Below, piece by piece: positions 18,985 to 27,683 of a DNA stretch of 64,000 nucleotides. A model generated the notes under the pieces. That model saw nothing but the letters and a program-made list of their open reading frames with translations, was not told the origin of the DNA and did no database searches. Each line of letters begins with the position of its first letter. Positions within the stretch are counted from its first letter, which is position 1. The position numbers and the translations under genes were made by a program. Source of the stretch: a virus (Duplodnaviria > Caudoviricetes); IMG/VR virus record IMGVR_UViG_3300010429_000303, positions 1-64,000 of that record; one strand, written 5' to 3'.

Positions 18985-19473
18985 ATGCCATCATTCATTA
19001 AGACTATTCCTGTTGAAGAAGATCTAGATGATCAAGCAGAGACCACAGAGGAGGAAGAAGGGGAAGATGATGAAGAAGAGTTTGAGGAAGGAGGCCCGGT
19101 AATCATTGGTCTCTCGACAGGTGAGAAAATCATTGCTGAATTGTTAGAAGATGATCTAACCTATGGCTGTGTAACCGTTTATCGCCCACTCCGAATCATT
19201 GAGATTATTGATGGGGAACAGACCCAGATAAGGTTTGCTACCTACAATCCATTTCTGGATGAACAACTCTTACCTATTAGGATCGAACATGTCGTGTTTC
19301 TAACTGGTATTTCTGAAGATGCTGAAGAACTCTACCTAGATTACTGTGCTGAAATGGAACGGGAAGAACGGAAACAAGCTAGGAAGCTTCAGAAGGAAAA
19401 GAAAGAACAGAATGCTAAAGCTAAGAGTAATGTGATTACTGCCCCATTCAGAAAACTTCCTGAGAAACCTTAA
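18985..19473 (+). CDS. Acidic protein with possible Sm-like beta domain
   Basis: IIGLSTGEKIIAEL..VYRP..I..EHVVF pattern; GGAG RBS. Confidence 0.55.
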   Translation: MPSFIKTIPVEEDLDDQAETTEEEEGEDDEEEFEEGGPVIIGLSTGEKIIAELLEDDLTYGCVTVYRPLRIIEIIDGEQTQIRFATYNPFLDEQLLPIRIEHVVFLTGISEDAEELYLDYCAEMEREERKQARKLQKEKKEQNAKAKSNVITAPFRKLPEKP

Positions 19474-19694
19474 TGGCATTTTTTACCTACCCGGTAAACA
19501 GTCAGTGGTTAGTAGTAGAAGCAGACACTTCTTTAGAGTCTAAGCAGATGGCTAAGTCTAAGGGAGTTGACCTTTCTTCAATTTCCTGTATTCTCAGAAC
19601 ACCAGAACCTATACTGTGTGAGATTGAAGCTAGAATTCCCATGACTATAGTCTACCAGGATGGTAGTATAGAAAGGATAAACAATGCAGATTGA
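19473..19694 (+). CDS. Hypothetical protein
   Basis: 73-aa translationally coupled ORF. Confidence 0.6.
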   Translation: MAFFTYPVNSQWLVVEADTSLESKQMAKSKGVDLSSISCILRTPEPILCEIEARIPMTIVYQDGSIERINNAD

Positions 19695-20196
19695 AAAGTT
19701 TCAGACATGGCTACAAGAAAAATACAGTGATTCAAACGTTAAAGTTCATTACATTGAACTAAAAGTAGGAAGGAAGGTTAAAAAGATTCCTGTTTTTGAG
19801 GAGAATCCAAACTCTTCAATAGATTTAAAAGCTTTACTGAAGTCTTACATTTCTGCAAAGACTAAAGACACTGAATTTTCTGATCTATCTTTAGGAGTTA
19901 GATTTGTACTTATTCAACCGTTTACCCAAACTAAAATCTATATCTGGCCACAACAGTTTCTTCATGAGAAAGTTATTGCTAAAATAGATCCTATTTTAGC
20001 ACAGGCATACAGTAATACCATGAGTGATAGCCTACCTTCAAATATAGGTATTTTCACTGGAACATTGCTTGCCGATAATTCTAAGATTCAAACCAACATG
20101 TCAAAGGAAGCATTTACAGTGCTGACTAACAACAGAGTCGAAGAATTCTTAACCAAGTTTAGCCTAACCAGTAAAGATATTGAATTTTACAAATGA
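19684..20196 (+). CDS. Hypothetical protein (MQIEKFQTWLQE N-terminus)
   Basis: 170-aa ORF. Confidence 0.7.
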   Translation: MQIEKFQTWLQEKYSDSNVKVHYIELKVGRKVKKIPVFEENPNSSIDLKALLKSYISAKTKDTEFSDLSLGVRFVLIQPFTQTKIYIWPQQFLHEKVIAKIDPILAQAYSNTMSDSLPSNIGIFTGTLLADNSKIQTNMSKEAFTVLTNNRVEEFLTKFSLTSKDIEFYK

Positions 20197-20609
20197 ACTA
20201 TTCAGAACGGTGGATACAATACTTCTTTGATGTAGCTCAAAGAACTGCTAAACTTTCTTATGCAAAGAGGCTTCAGGTAGGAGCCGTAGCTGCTAAGGAT
20301 AAACGGATAATTGCATGTGGCTTTAATGGGACTCCTACCGGGTTCTCTAATGACTGTGAGACTGAATTTGGTCTCACAGATTCATGTGTCATTCATGCCG
20401 AAGAAAATCTCATTTTGTTTTCCGCCAAACATGGGATTAGTTTATTGGGCTGTGATATGTTTTGTACTCATTCCCCTTGTGTTCACTGCTCTAGAATGAT
20501 TATCTCCTGTGGTATCAAACAGTTTTTCTATATCAACGACTATAGATATGATGAAGGAATTGTGTTGCTAAAAACAGCTGGATTAAAAATAGAACAATTT
20601 AAGCTCTAG
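20193..20609 (+). CDS. cd: dCMP deaminase
   Basis: RLQVGA, GFNGTP, HAEEN, PCVHC. Confidence 0.93.
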   Translation: MNYSERWIQYFFDVAQRTAKLSYAKRLQVGAVAAKDKRIIACGFNGTPTGFSNDCETEFGLTDSCVIHAEENLILFSAKHGISLLGCDMFCTHSPCVHCSRMIISCGIKQFFYINDYRYDEGIVLLKTAGLKIEQFKL

Positions 20610-20621
20610 AAAGGGTTACCT

Positions 20622-23150
20622 ATGACCAACGTGTATTCAAGAGAGGAAGTATTCGGAAAGACTTTAGAGTATTTCAATGGAGATACTTTAGCTACCGATG
20701 TCTGGATCAATAAGTATTGTCTGAAGAGAAGTGCAGATGAGTTGTTGGAATTGACTCCTGTGGATATGCACCATAGGATTGCTAAAGAGTTTGCTAGTAT
20801 TGAACAGAAATATCCTAACCCCCTTTCTGAAGATGAAATTTTCAAACTCCTTGATAACTTTAGCTTTATAGTTCCTCAAGGATCACCAATGGCTGGGATT
20901 GGCAATACAGAACAGCTAACCTCTTTGAGTAATTGCTATCTTATCGGCAATGAATCTGATTCCTATGGGGGAATCATTCAAGCAGAAGAAGAAATGGTTC
21001 AGTTAATGAAACGTCGAGGTGGGGTAGGGTTAGATCTATCTCATATCAGACCTGAAGGATCCCCAGTTGATAATGCAGCAATATCATCAACCGGGGTAGT
21101 GCCTTTTATGGAACGGTATTCTAATGGTACTCGTGAAGTAGCCCAAGATGGACGGCGTGGGGCATTGATGCAGACATTGCACATCAAGCACCCATCCGCT
21201 GAATCCTTTATTGACGCCAAGTTAGATCTCAAGAAAGTCACTGGGGCTAATATATCTCTTCGAGTTACTGATGAGTTTATGCGAGCTGTTACTTCAGAAA
21301 CTGACCATACCTTTGTTCAGACCTTTCCGATAGACAGTCAACACCCTATTATCAAGAAACCCGTAGATGCAAAACACCTCTGGAAGAAGATTGTAGACAA
21401 CAACTGGAAGTCAGCGGAGCCAGGAGTCTTTTTCTGGGATACGGTCATTTCAGAATCCCCAGCAGATTGTTATTCAGATGTAGGCTTCAAGTCAGTAGGG
21501 ACCAATCCTTGTGGTGAGATTGTTCTGAATATAGGAGGCTCTTGTCTTCTCCTCGTGCTTAACCTATATTCCTTTGTTAAGAATCCTTTTCTGCCTACAG
21601 CCTTCTTTGACTTTGACCTCTTTAGACATCATGTAGGCATTGCGTATAGACTCCTAGATGATATTGTAGATTTAGAAATCGAGAAAGTAAATGCTATTAT
21701 TGGCAAGATTCAACGAGATAAAGAACCCATTGAAATTAAGGTAACTGAACTTAATCTTTGGGAAAACAAGATTAAACGGACATTGGTAAAAGGTAGGAGA
21801 ATTGGTCTAGGGGTAACCGCGGAGGCAGATATGTTAGCTGCCCTGGGTTATAGGTACGGGACAGAAGAAGCCACTCGGTTCTCTGTATCTATTCATAGTA
21901 TCTTAGCCCAAAAGGCATTTCAGACTTCGGTAACGTTAGCTGAAGAACGTGGACCATTCCCGGTATTCTCCTACGAAAAGGAAAAAAACAATCCATTTCT
22001 ATTAAGGTTATTAGACGAAGCTGACGACCCAGACCACCTACTTCACCAATGGAAAACGTTTGGTCGTAGAAACATTGGAATGCTTACCATTTCCCCAACT
22101 GGAAGTCTATCATGTCTAACCCAGACTTCTTCAGGAATTGAACCGGTGTATTCGTTATTCCATACCAGACGCCGGAAGATCAATCCCAATGATAGGTCAG
22201 CAAAATCTGACTTTATTGATGAACTTGGAGATCATTGGGAAGAGTATAACGTGGTTCACCCCAAATTTGTCACCTGGGCAAAGTCGGTTAATATTCAAGA
22301 TGACTTAGGCACCATGTCACCTGAACGGTTGAGGAAGCTTATTGCATCCTCCCCTTATGCTAAAGCCTCGTCTGGAGAGATAGATTGGAATGAAAAGGTC
22401 TCTATGATTGGTCAGATTCAGAAGTATGTTGACCATTCTATTTCAAATACCACCAACCTTCCCTCAAATATCACTAGGGAGGAAGTAGACTCCTTGTATG
22501 TCTCTGCCTGGAAGGCAGGCTGCAAAGGATGTACAATCTATCGAGATGGGTCTAGATCTGGAGTTCTAGTTTCTGCAGAAGAGAACAAGATCAATATTTT
22601 TAAAGAGAACCATGCCCCTAAACGACCTAAGAGCCTCCCTGCTGATATCATGAGGTTTGTCAATAAAGGGGAGAAGTGGATTGGAGTGTTGGGGTTGTTA
22701 GACAATAAACCCTATGAAGTCTTTACTGGCCCCAGTGAGTTATTGCCTATCCCTTCATACATTGAAACTGCTGAAATTATAAAAGAAAAGAATGGAGATG
22801 GTAATTCCCTTTACAATCTAAGGTGGGTTGATAGGGATGGATTTATTCAAGAGTTTAGGGGATTATCTAGAACTTTCAATCGAGAATTCTGGAACATAGG
22901 GAGACTGGTAAGTGCCATCCTTAGGCATGGTATGCCTATCCCTAATGTTATCTTACTTATTGATAAGTTAGAAATTGAAGGGGCTGAACATATCACTTCT
23001 TGGAAGAATGGAGTGAAACGAATGCTCAAGAAATATATTTCAGATGGAACCCAGGTAAAAGGTCAAACGTGTCCTGCATGTCACTCTACTAAGTTACTCT
23101 TTAAAGACGGGTGCCTTTCGTGTGGTGAATGCGGGTGGTCTAAATGTTGA
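20622..23150 (+). CDS. nrdJ: Class II adenosylcobalamin-dependent ribonucleotide reductase
   Basis: SLSNC, RRGGVG, TNPCGE, ISPTGS, SSGIEP, KGCTIYRDGSR, C-terminal CxxC..CxxCGWSKC; no NrdB in window. Confidence 0.92.
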   Translation: MTNVYSREEVFGKTLEYFNGDTLATDVWINKYCLKRSADELLELTPVDMHHRIAKEFASIEQKYPNPLSEDEIFKLLDNFSFIVPQGSPMAGIGNTEQLTSLSNCYLIGNESDSYGGIIQAEEEMVQLMKRRGGVGLDLSHIRPEGSPVDNAAISSTGVVPFMERYSNGTREVAQDGRRGALMQTLHIKHPSAESFIDAKLDLKKVTGANISLRVTDEFMRAVTSETDHTFVQTFPIDSQHPIIKKPVDAKHLWKKIVDNNWKSAEPGVFFWDTVISESPADCYSDVGFKSVGTNPCGEIVLNIGGSCLLLVLNLYSFVKNPFLPTAFFDFDLFRHHVGIAYRLLDDIVDLEIEKVNAIIGKIQRDKEPIEIKVTELNLWENKIKRTLVKGRRIGLGVTAEADMLAALGYRYGTEEATRFSVSIHSILAQKAFQTSVTLAEERGPFPVFSYEKEKNNPFLLRLLDEADDPDHLLHQWKTFGRRNIGMLTISPTGSLSCLTQTSSGIEPVYSLFHTRRRKINPNDRSAKSDFIDELGDHWEEYNVVHPKFVTWAKSVNIQDDLGTMSPERLRKLIASSPYAKASSGEIDWNEKVSMIGQIQKYVDHSISNTTNLPSNITREEVDSLYVSAWKAGCKGCTIYRDGSRSGVLVSAEENKINIFKENHAPKRPKSLPADIMRFVNKGEKWIGVLGLLDNKPYEVFTGPSELLPIPSYIETAEIIKEKNGDGNSLYNLRWVDRDGFIQEFRGLSRTFNREFWNIGRLVSAILRHGMPIPNVILLIDKLEIEGAEHITSWKNGVKRMLKKYISDGTQVKGQTCPACHSTKLLFKDGCLSCGECGWSKC

Positions 23151-23162
23151 AGGAGTATTAGA

Positions 23163-23516
23163 ATGAATTTTATTCAGTTTAAAGAATTATTGGAAGTTCC
23201 TGAAGTGGTAGTTTTAGATCCTACCACCTTAAATCAAGAGTATTTGGATGATGAATTGGCTAGTTTGCTGGCTTATGAAACTTCAGAAGAGGATTTAGAA
23301 ACTGAAGAAGATGAAGAAGAACCCGAGGAGGTCGTGACACCTCACGTTGAACCAGCCCCCCTGGACACTCAGGAAGAAGAGGTAATTCCTTCTGAACCTA
23401 GGGTAGAACCTGCACCCCCAGAAGAGTCTGAACCCAGGTTACCACTAGCTCAAACAGACTCTGAAGAGTTACCTGAAACTAACCAACCACAAGAAGAAAC
23501 CACATGTTCAAATTAA
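23163..23516 (+). CDS. Acidic Glu/Pro-rich hypothetical protein (MNFIQFKELLE)
   Basis: AAGGAG RBS; low-complexity tail. Confidence 0.7.
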   Translation: MNFIQFKELLEVPEVVVLDPTTLNQEYLDDELASLLAYETSEEDLETEEDEEEPEEVVTPHVEPAPLDTQEEEVIPSEPRVEPAPPEESEPRLPLAQTDSEELPETNQPQEETTCSN

Positions 23517-23995
23517 ATAAAGACCAGCTATTAAAACAACAAAGACAGGTTATCAACAATGCGTACACTCATGTATCATACCTTCTTAAAGAATGCAGAC
23601 CCTTCTTAAAAGGTTATATCAAAGGAGAGTATGGTCTCCTTAGAACAGATAAACGACTACTGTTTCAGACTCTTCCAAAGAAAAATGATGATGGTACGTT
23701 ACTGCCTATTCAATTAGACTTGTCTGCTTCCGGTCCTTGGTGTGTATTCCCAGCAGGGGAACTTGACATTGAGGATGACCGTGTTATACTGGATACAGAA
23801 CTTCCAGCTGGCCTATCCAAACCCCAGTTAATCAACATCATTCTAAATGATGCTATTGCCAATGAAAAGATGCTTAGTATCTACTGTATCAAAGCGTTTA
23901 CCTTGGAGTATAAGATGTTCAAGTCTATTGAGAGTTCCCTTAAGAACACCTTTAACAACATGTTTCATCCCTCTAGAAATGATATAAATAGATAA
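23504..23995 (+). CDS. Hypothetical protein, C-terminus altered by TnpB insertion
   Basis: LKECRPFLK and VFPAGEL; last 11 codons come from the element left end. Confidence 0.7.
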   Translation: MFKLNKDQLLKQQRQVINNAYTHVSYLLKECRPFLKGYIKGEYGLLRTDKRLLFQTLPKKNDDGTLLPIQLDLSASGPWCVFPAGELDIEDDRVILDTELPAGLSKPQLINIILNDAIANEKMLSIYCIKAFTLEYKMFKSIESSLKNTFNNMFHPSRNDINR

Positions 23996-25252
23996 AAATT
24001 CATCTAAAACGGTAAATTTCACGTGAGCCATAAAGCCTTTAAACTCAGACTAGATCCCACACCAGAACAGTCAGTCTTGTTGAACAAGACTTTTGGCTGT
24101 GTCAGGGCTATCTGGAATCAAAGAGTAGATGGCTTCAATAACTGGAAACCAGGAACTCAAACAGTAGAACCAACCATCAAGGAGTTGAAGGTCATCTATC
24201 CTTGGTTGGCTGAAGTTCCTTACAACGCATTAGAACAAAAACTCAACGATTGGCGATCATTTAAATCACAATTCTTCAACAAGAAAAGGAAGAAGAAGCT
24301 TGGAAGACCAACCTTTAAAAGTCGTAGGGCACGCCAATCCTTTAGGTTATCTGTGAATGGATTCTCCTTTAAAGATAATCAAGTGGTTTTAGCTAAGATA
24401 GGTAAACTAAATCTTGTTGGTTATGATCTTTCAACCTTACCTTTAGAGACCTGTAAGTCTATCACCATCTCTAAAGACCCTTCTGGTAAATGTTTTTGTT
24501 CTATTCTGCTAGAAGTCACTATCCAACCTAAACCCCTAACTGGTCAGCTGGTTGGCATAGATTTAGGCATCAAAGATCTTTACATTCTTTCAGATGGTCA
24601 AGTTGTTGAAAACCCCAAGTGGTACCATGAAAACCAAATGGTATTGAAGAAGGCTCAACAACGGTTAGATAGAAAGGTTAAAGGTAGTAAACGGTATGAA
24701 AAGCAGCGAATCAAGGCAGCTAAGGTCTATGAGAGGATAAAGAATAGGAGAAACTATTTTCTTCACAACATCTCTTCTTCCTTAGTGACCAACTACGATC
24801 TTATCTGTCTTGAAGATTTGAACGTCCTTGGGATGGTCAAGAACCACTGTTTGGCCAAAGCCATTCAGAATGCTTCATGGTCTTCCTTTGTAGCCATGTT
24901 GACCTACAAGTGTGACTGGTATGGAAAGACCTTAGTGAAGGTTGATCGGTTCTTCCCCTCCTCCAAGACCTGTTCTTCCTGTGGCTTCAAGATGGAGAAG
25001 ATGGGGTTAAAGATCAGGGAATGGACCTGTCCTTCTTGTGGTTCAAGACATCATAGAGATCATAACGCTGCAAAGAACATTCTCCAGGAGGGATTTAGAA
25101 TCCTGACTGGTCAGGAGTTTGAGGGTTTCCCTAAACCCTCTTCGGCAGAGTATGTCGAATACAGACGTGGAGAGGTTATAAGTCTATTTGATGCTCGCCA
25201 TCACTTAGCATCCTTCGTGAAACGTCTAGAAGTTATATGATTTCGGTACTAC
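23960..25252 (+). mobile_element. TnpB-only element, copy 2 (10-bp deletion near right end)
   Basis: Same ends as copies 1 and 3; 1293 bp versus 1303 bp. Confidence 0.85.
24023..25240 (+). CDS. tnpB: RNA-guided endonuclease TnpB
   Basis: Near-identical to 2297..3514; RuvC D/E/D intact. Confidence 0.95.
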   Translation: MSHKAFKLRLDPTPEQSVLLNKTFGCVRAIWNQRVDGFNNWKPGTQTVEPTIKELKVIYPWLAEVPYNALEQKLNDWRSFKSQFFNKKRKKKLGRPTFKSRRARQSFRLSVNGFSFKDNQVVLAKIGKLNLVGYDLSTLPLETCKSITISKDPSGKCFCSILLEVTIQPKPLTGQLVGIDLGIKDLYILSDGQVVENPKWYHENQMVLKKAQQRLDRKVKGSKRYEKQRIKAAKVYERIKNRRNYFLHNISSSLVTNYDLICLEDLNVLGMVKNHCLAKAIQNASWSSFVAMLTYKCDWYGKTLVKVDRFFPSSKTCSSCGFKMEKMGLKIREWTCPSCGSRHHRDHNAAKNILQEGFRILTGQEFEGFPKPSSAEYVEYRRGEVISLFDARHHLASFVKRLEVI

Positions 25253-25275
25253 AATCTACTAAAGCTTGAGAGCAC

Positions 25276-25728
25276 ATGATAGTCTATAAGGCTAAACGGT
25301 TTACTAAAACTTCAGATGTTAGTAAACATTACATCACCAATACTGAGTTGCTCCCGTTAATCACTGAATACCGGGAGACTCGAAAACTAACTCCTGAATT
25401 TGCTAAAGCATTGATGTTGATTGCCAAGAAGTTAAGTACATCCCCTAATTTTAGGGGATATGAGTTTATTGATGATTGCATTCAGGATGCGTTGTTATGT
25501 TGTGTTAAGTATGTTCATAACTTCGACCCAGAAAAATCTAAGAATCCTTTTGGCTATGTTACTGAGATAATGAAGTTTGCCTTTCTTGGGCGGATCAATA
25601 AGGAGAATGGGTGGAATAAGCTTAAGAGTAAAGCACGAATGTATGATGCAGAAGGATTCCTCATTATAGATGAGGACTTAGTTCAAAAAATGAATGATAC
25701 TTCTAACTTATGGTCTGATGAGGAATAA
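25276..25728 (+). CDS. 55: Late sigma factor gp55
   Basis: [14 protein letters not shown](CI)[25 protein letters not shown]. Confidence 0.92.
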   Translation: MIVYKAKRFTKTSDVSKHYITNTELLPLITEYRETRKLTPEFAKALMLIAKKLSTSPNFRGYEFIDDCIQDALLCCVKYVHNFDPEKSKNPFGYVTEIMKFAFLGRINKENGWNKLKSKARMYDAEGFLIIDEDLVQKMNDTSNLWSDEE

Positions 25729-26618
25729 TGATGAGAGAACAAACCTTAAGAGTTTCTGAGATATTTGGGGGTACTCTTCCAGGCCAGGATATTATTCCGG
25801 TAATTCAAGGGGAAGGAAGGTTTGTGGGTACTCCGTCAATCTTTGTGAGGTTGTTTGGGTGTAATCTTAGATGTCCTGGATTCGGGAATCCAAACTTTAA
25901 GATAGGGACTAAGAACCAAGAAGTTAAAGAGATTGTTGACAACTTAGTGTATTTTAAGACTCTTCAGGATCTTCCTAGAGTCAAGACGGGATGTGATACC
26001 TACTATGCGGTTTATCCTGAATTTAAATCATTTTCTAAAGACTATACCATTCATGAGTTGGTAAAGGCTATTCAGGTCAGACTTTATACCGAGTACAAGC
26101 CACCTCACCTGGTATTCACTGGGGGAGAACCACTTCTCTGGCAAACTCAGCTAAGTTCACTTCTTAAAGAACTAGAAAGTACTAGAATTAAGGACATAAC
26201 CTTTGAGACTAATGGTACCATAGAACTTTCGCAAAAATTTATTGATACGGTAAGGAATACTCCTTTTACTATCACCTGGTCTGTTTCCCCGAAACTTACA
26301 TGTTCTGGACATAATACGTGTGAAACTTTAGACCCTGCTGCTCTACGATCTTATAATAAGATTCCTAATTCAAAGTTGTATCTAAAGTTTGTAGTGGATA
26401 AGGGACAAAAAACCTTAGATGAACTTTTGATTTTTACAAAACGTTATGCCCTTGAAGGAGTAGAAGTAGACAATGTCTACCTCATGCCAGAAGGGGGGAA
26501 CTTCGATGAGTCCTATAAGGCTAATCGAACCTATGTGGTAGGACTGTGTTCTTATCTAGGATTCAACTATTCTCCAAGACTTCAAGTAGAGTTGTTTGAC
26601 AATGTAGTAGGTTCTTGA
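25728..26618 (+). CDS. queE: QueE-like 7-carboxy-7-deazaguanine synthase (radical SAM)
   Basis: [59 protein letters not shown]. Confidence 0.8.
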   Translation: MMREQTLRVSEIFGGTLPGQDIIPVIQGEGRFVGTPSIFVRLFGCNLRCPGFGNPNFKIGTKNQEVKEIVDNLVYFKTLQDLPRVKTGCDTYYAVYPEFKSFSKDYTIHELVKAIQVRLYTEYKPPHLVFTGGEPLLWQTQLSSLLKELESTRIKDITFETNGTIELSQKFIDTVRNTPFTITWSVSPKLTCSGHNTCETLDPAALRSYNKIPNSKLYLKFVVDKGQKTLDELLIFTKRYALEGVEVDNVYLMPEGGNFDESYKANRTYVVGLCSYLGFNYSPRLQVELFDNVVGS

Positions 26619-26621
26619 GCT

Positions 26622-27683
26622 ATGACTATTGCCTTAGTCACTGATACCCACATGGGGGCCAGAAATAACTGTACAGTTTTCAATGAGCATTTTCTTAAGT
26701 TCTTCAATGAAGTATTCTTTCCTACCTTAGAGAAGCATAATATAACCACCGTAATCCACCTAGGGGATCTTGGAGAGTACAAACGTACCATCAACACCTT
26801 GATACTTGATTCTTGGAACAAGGAAGTATTTAAGCCCTTGGAAAAGTATCAAGTATGGATGTTGATTGGTAACCACGATCTGTTTTACAAGCATAAAAAC
26901 ACTATCTCCTTACAAACCTCGTTGGAATTAGCAGAAAGGTTTGGGTTCAATGTAGTGACAGAGAGACCCCTGAAGTTGCCTATGGGCTCTAAAGTACTTG
27001 ATTTAGTTCCTTGGGTTTCTTCAGGTAACTATCAGGAAGTGGAAGAGTTTATTTCTAACTCGACCGCCGACTACCTCCTATGCCACATGGAGTTTGCTGG
27101 AGCTCCCCTCCTTCCAGGAATCCTTTGTTCAGAATCTCAGATAGAACCCACATTGACGAGTAGGTATAGGAAAATCCTTTCTGGTCATTTTCACCTCAGA
27201 TCTACTCATGGAAACGTGACCTATATTGGCAATCCTTACGAGATAAATTGGGCAGATGTGAACCAACTTAAAGGCTTTACTTTATTCGATCCAGAGACTG
27301 GACAGTTAGACTACATCAACAATCCACATACTCTTTTCTTTAAAGCCAGTATCAACACTGAGTCTGATCTTGCAAACTTTGATATATCTCAGTGTACTAA
27401 GAAGCATGTAAAGTTGTTTATTTCAAGTTATATAAAAACTAAAGATGTCGAGAACTTAGTTTCTAGGATAGATAAAGAAGGGGTTCTCTCCTTAGTAATC
27501 CAGGATACTAAAGTAGAATTAGATTCTGTTGACCAACTTCAATCTGAATTTCCAGACACGTTACACTATATTAAGAACTTTGTGCATAAACTGTATGATC
27601 ACCAGAATATTCAATTGAATAAAGATAGATTGATAGGTAAACTGGAACATATCTATTCCTTAGCCCAGACTCTGGAGATTTAG
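26622..27683 (+). CDS. 47: Recombination nuclease gp47 (Mre11/SbcD-like)
   Basis: TDTHMG, HLGD, GNHD, SGHFH. Confidence 0.93.
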   Translation: MTIALVTDTHMGARNNCTVFNEHFLKFFNEVFFPTLEKHNITTVIHLGDLGEYKRTINTLILDSWNKEVFKPLEKYQVWMLIGNHDLFYKHKNTISLQTSLELAERFGFNVVTERPLKLPMGSKVLDLVPWVSSGNYQEVEEFISNSTADYLLCHMEFAGAPLLPGILCSESQIEPTLTSRYRKILSGHFHLRSTHGNVTYIGNPYEINWADVNQLKGFTLFDPETGQLDYINNPHTLFFKASINTESDLANFDISQCTKKHVKLFISSYIKTKDVENLVSRIDKEGVLSLVIQDTKVELDSVDQLQSEFPDTLHYIKNFVHKLYDHQNIQLNKDRLIGKLEHIYSLAQTLEI

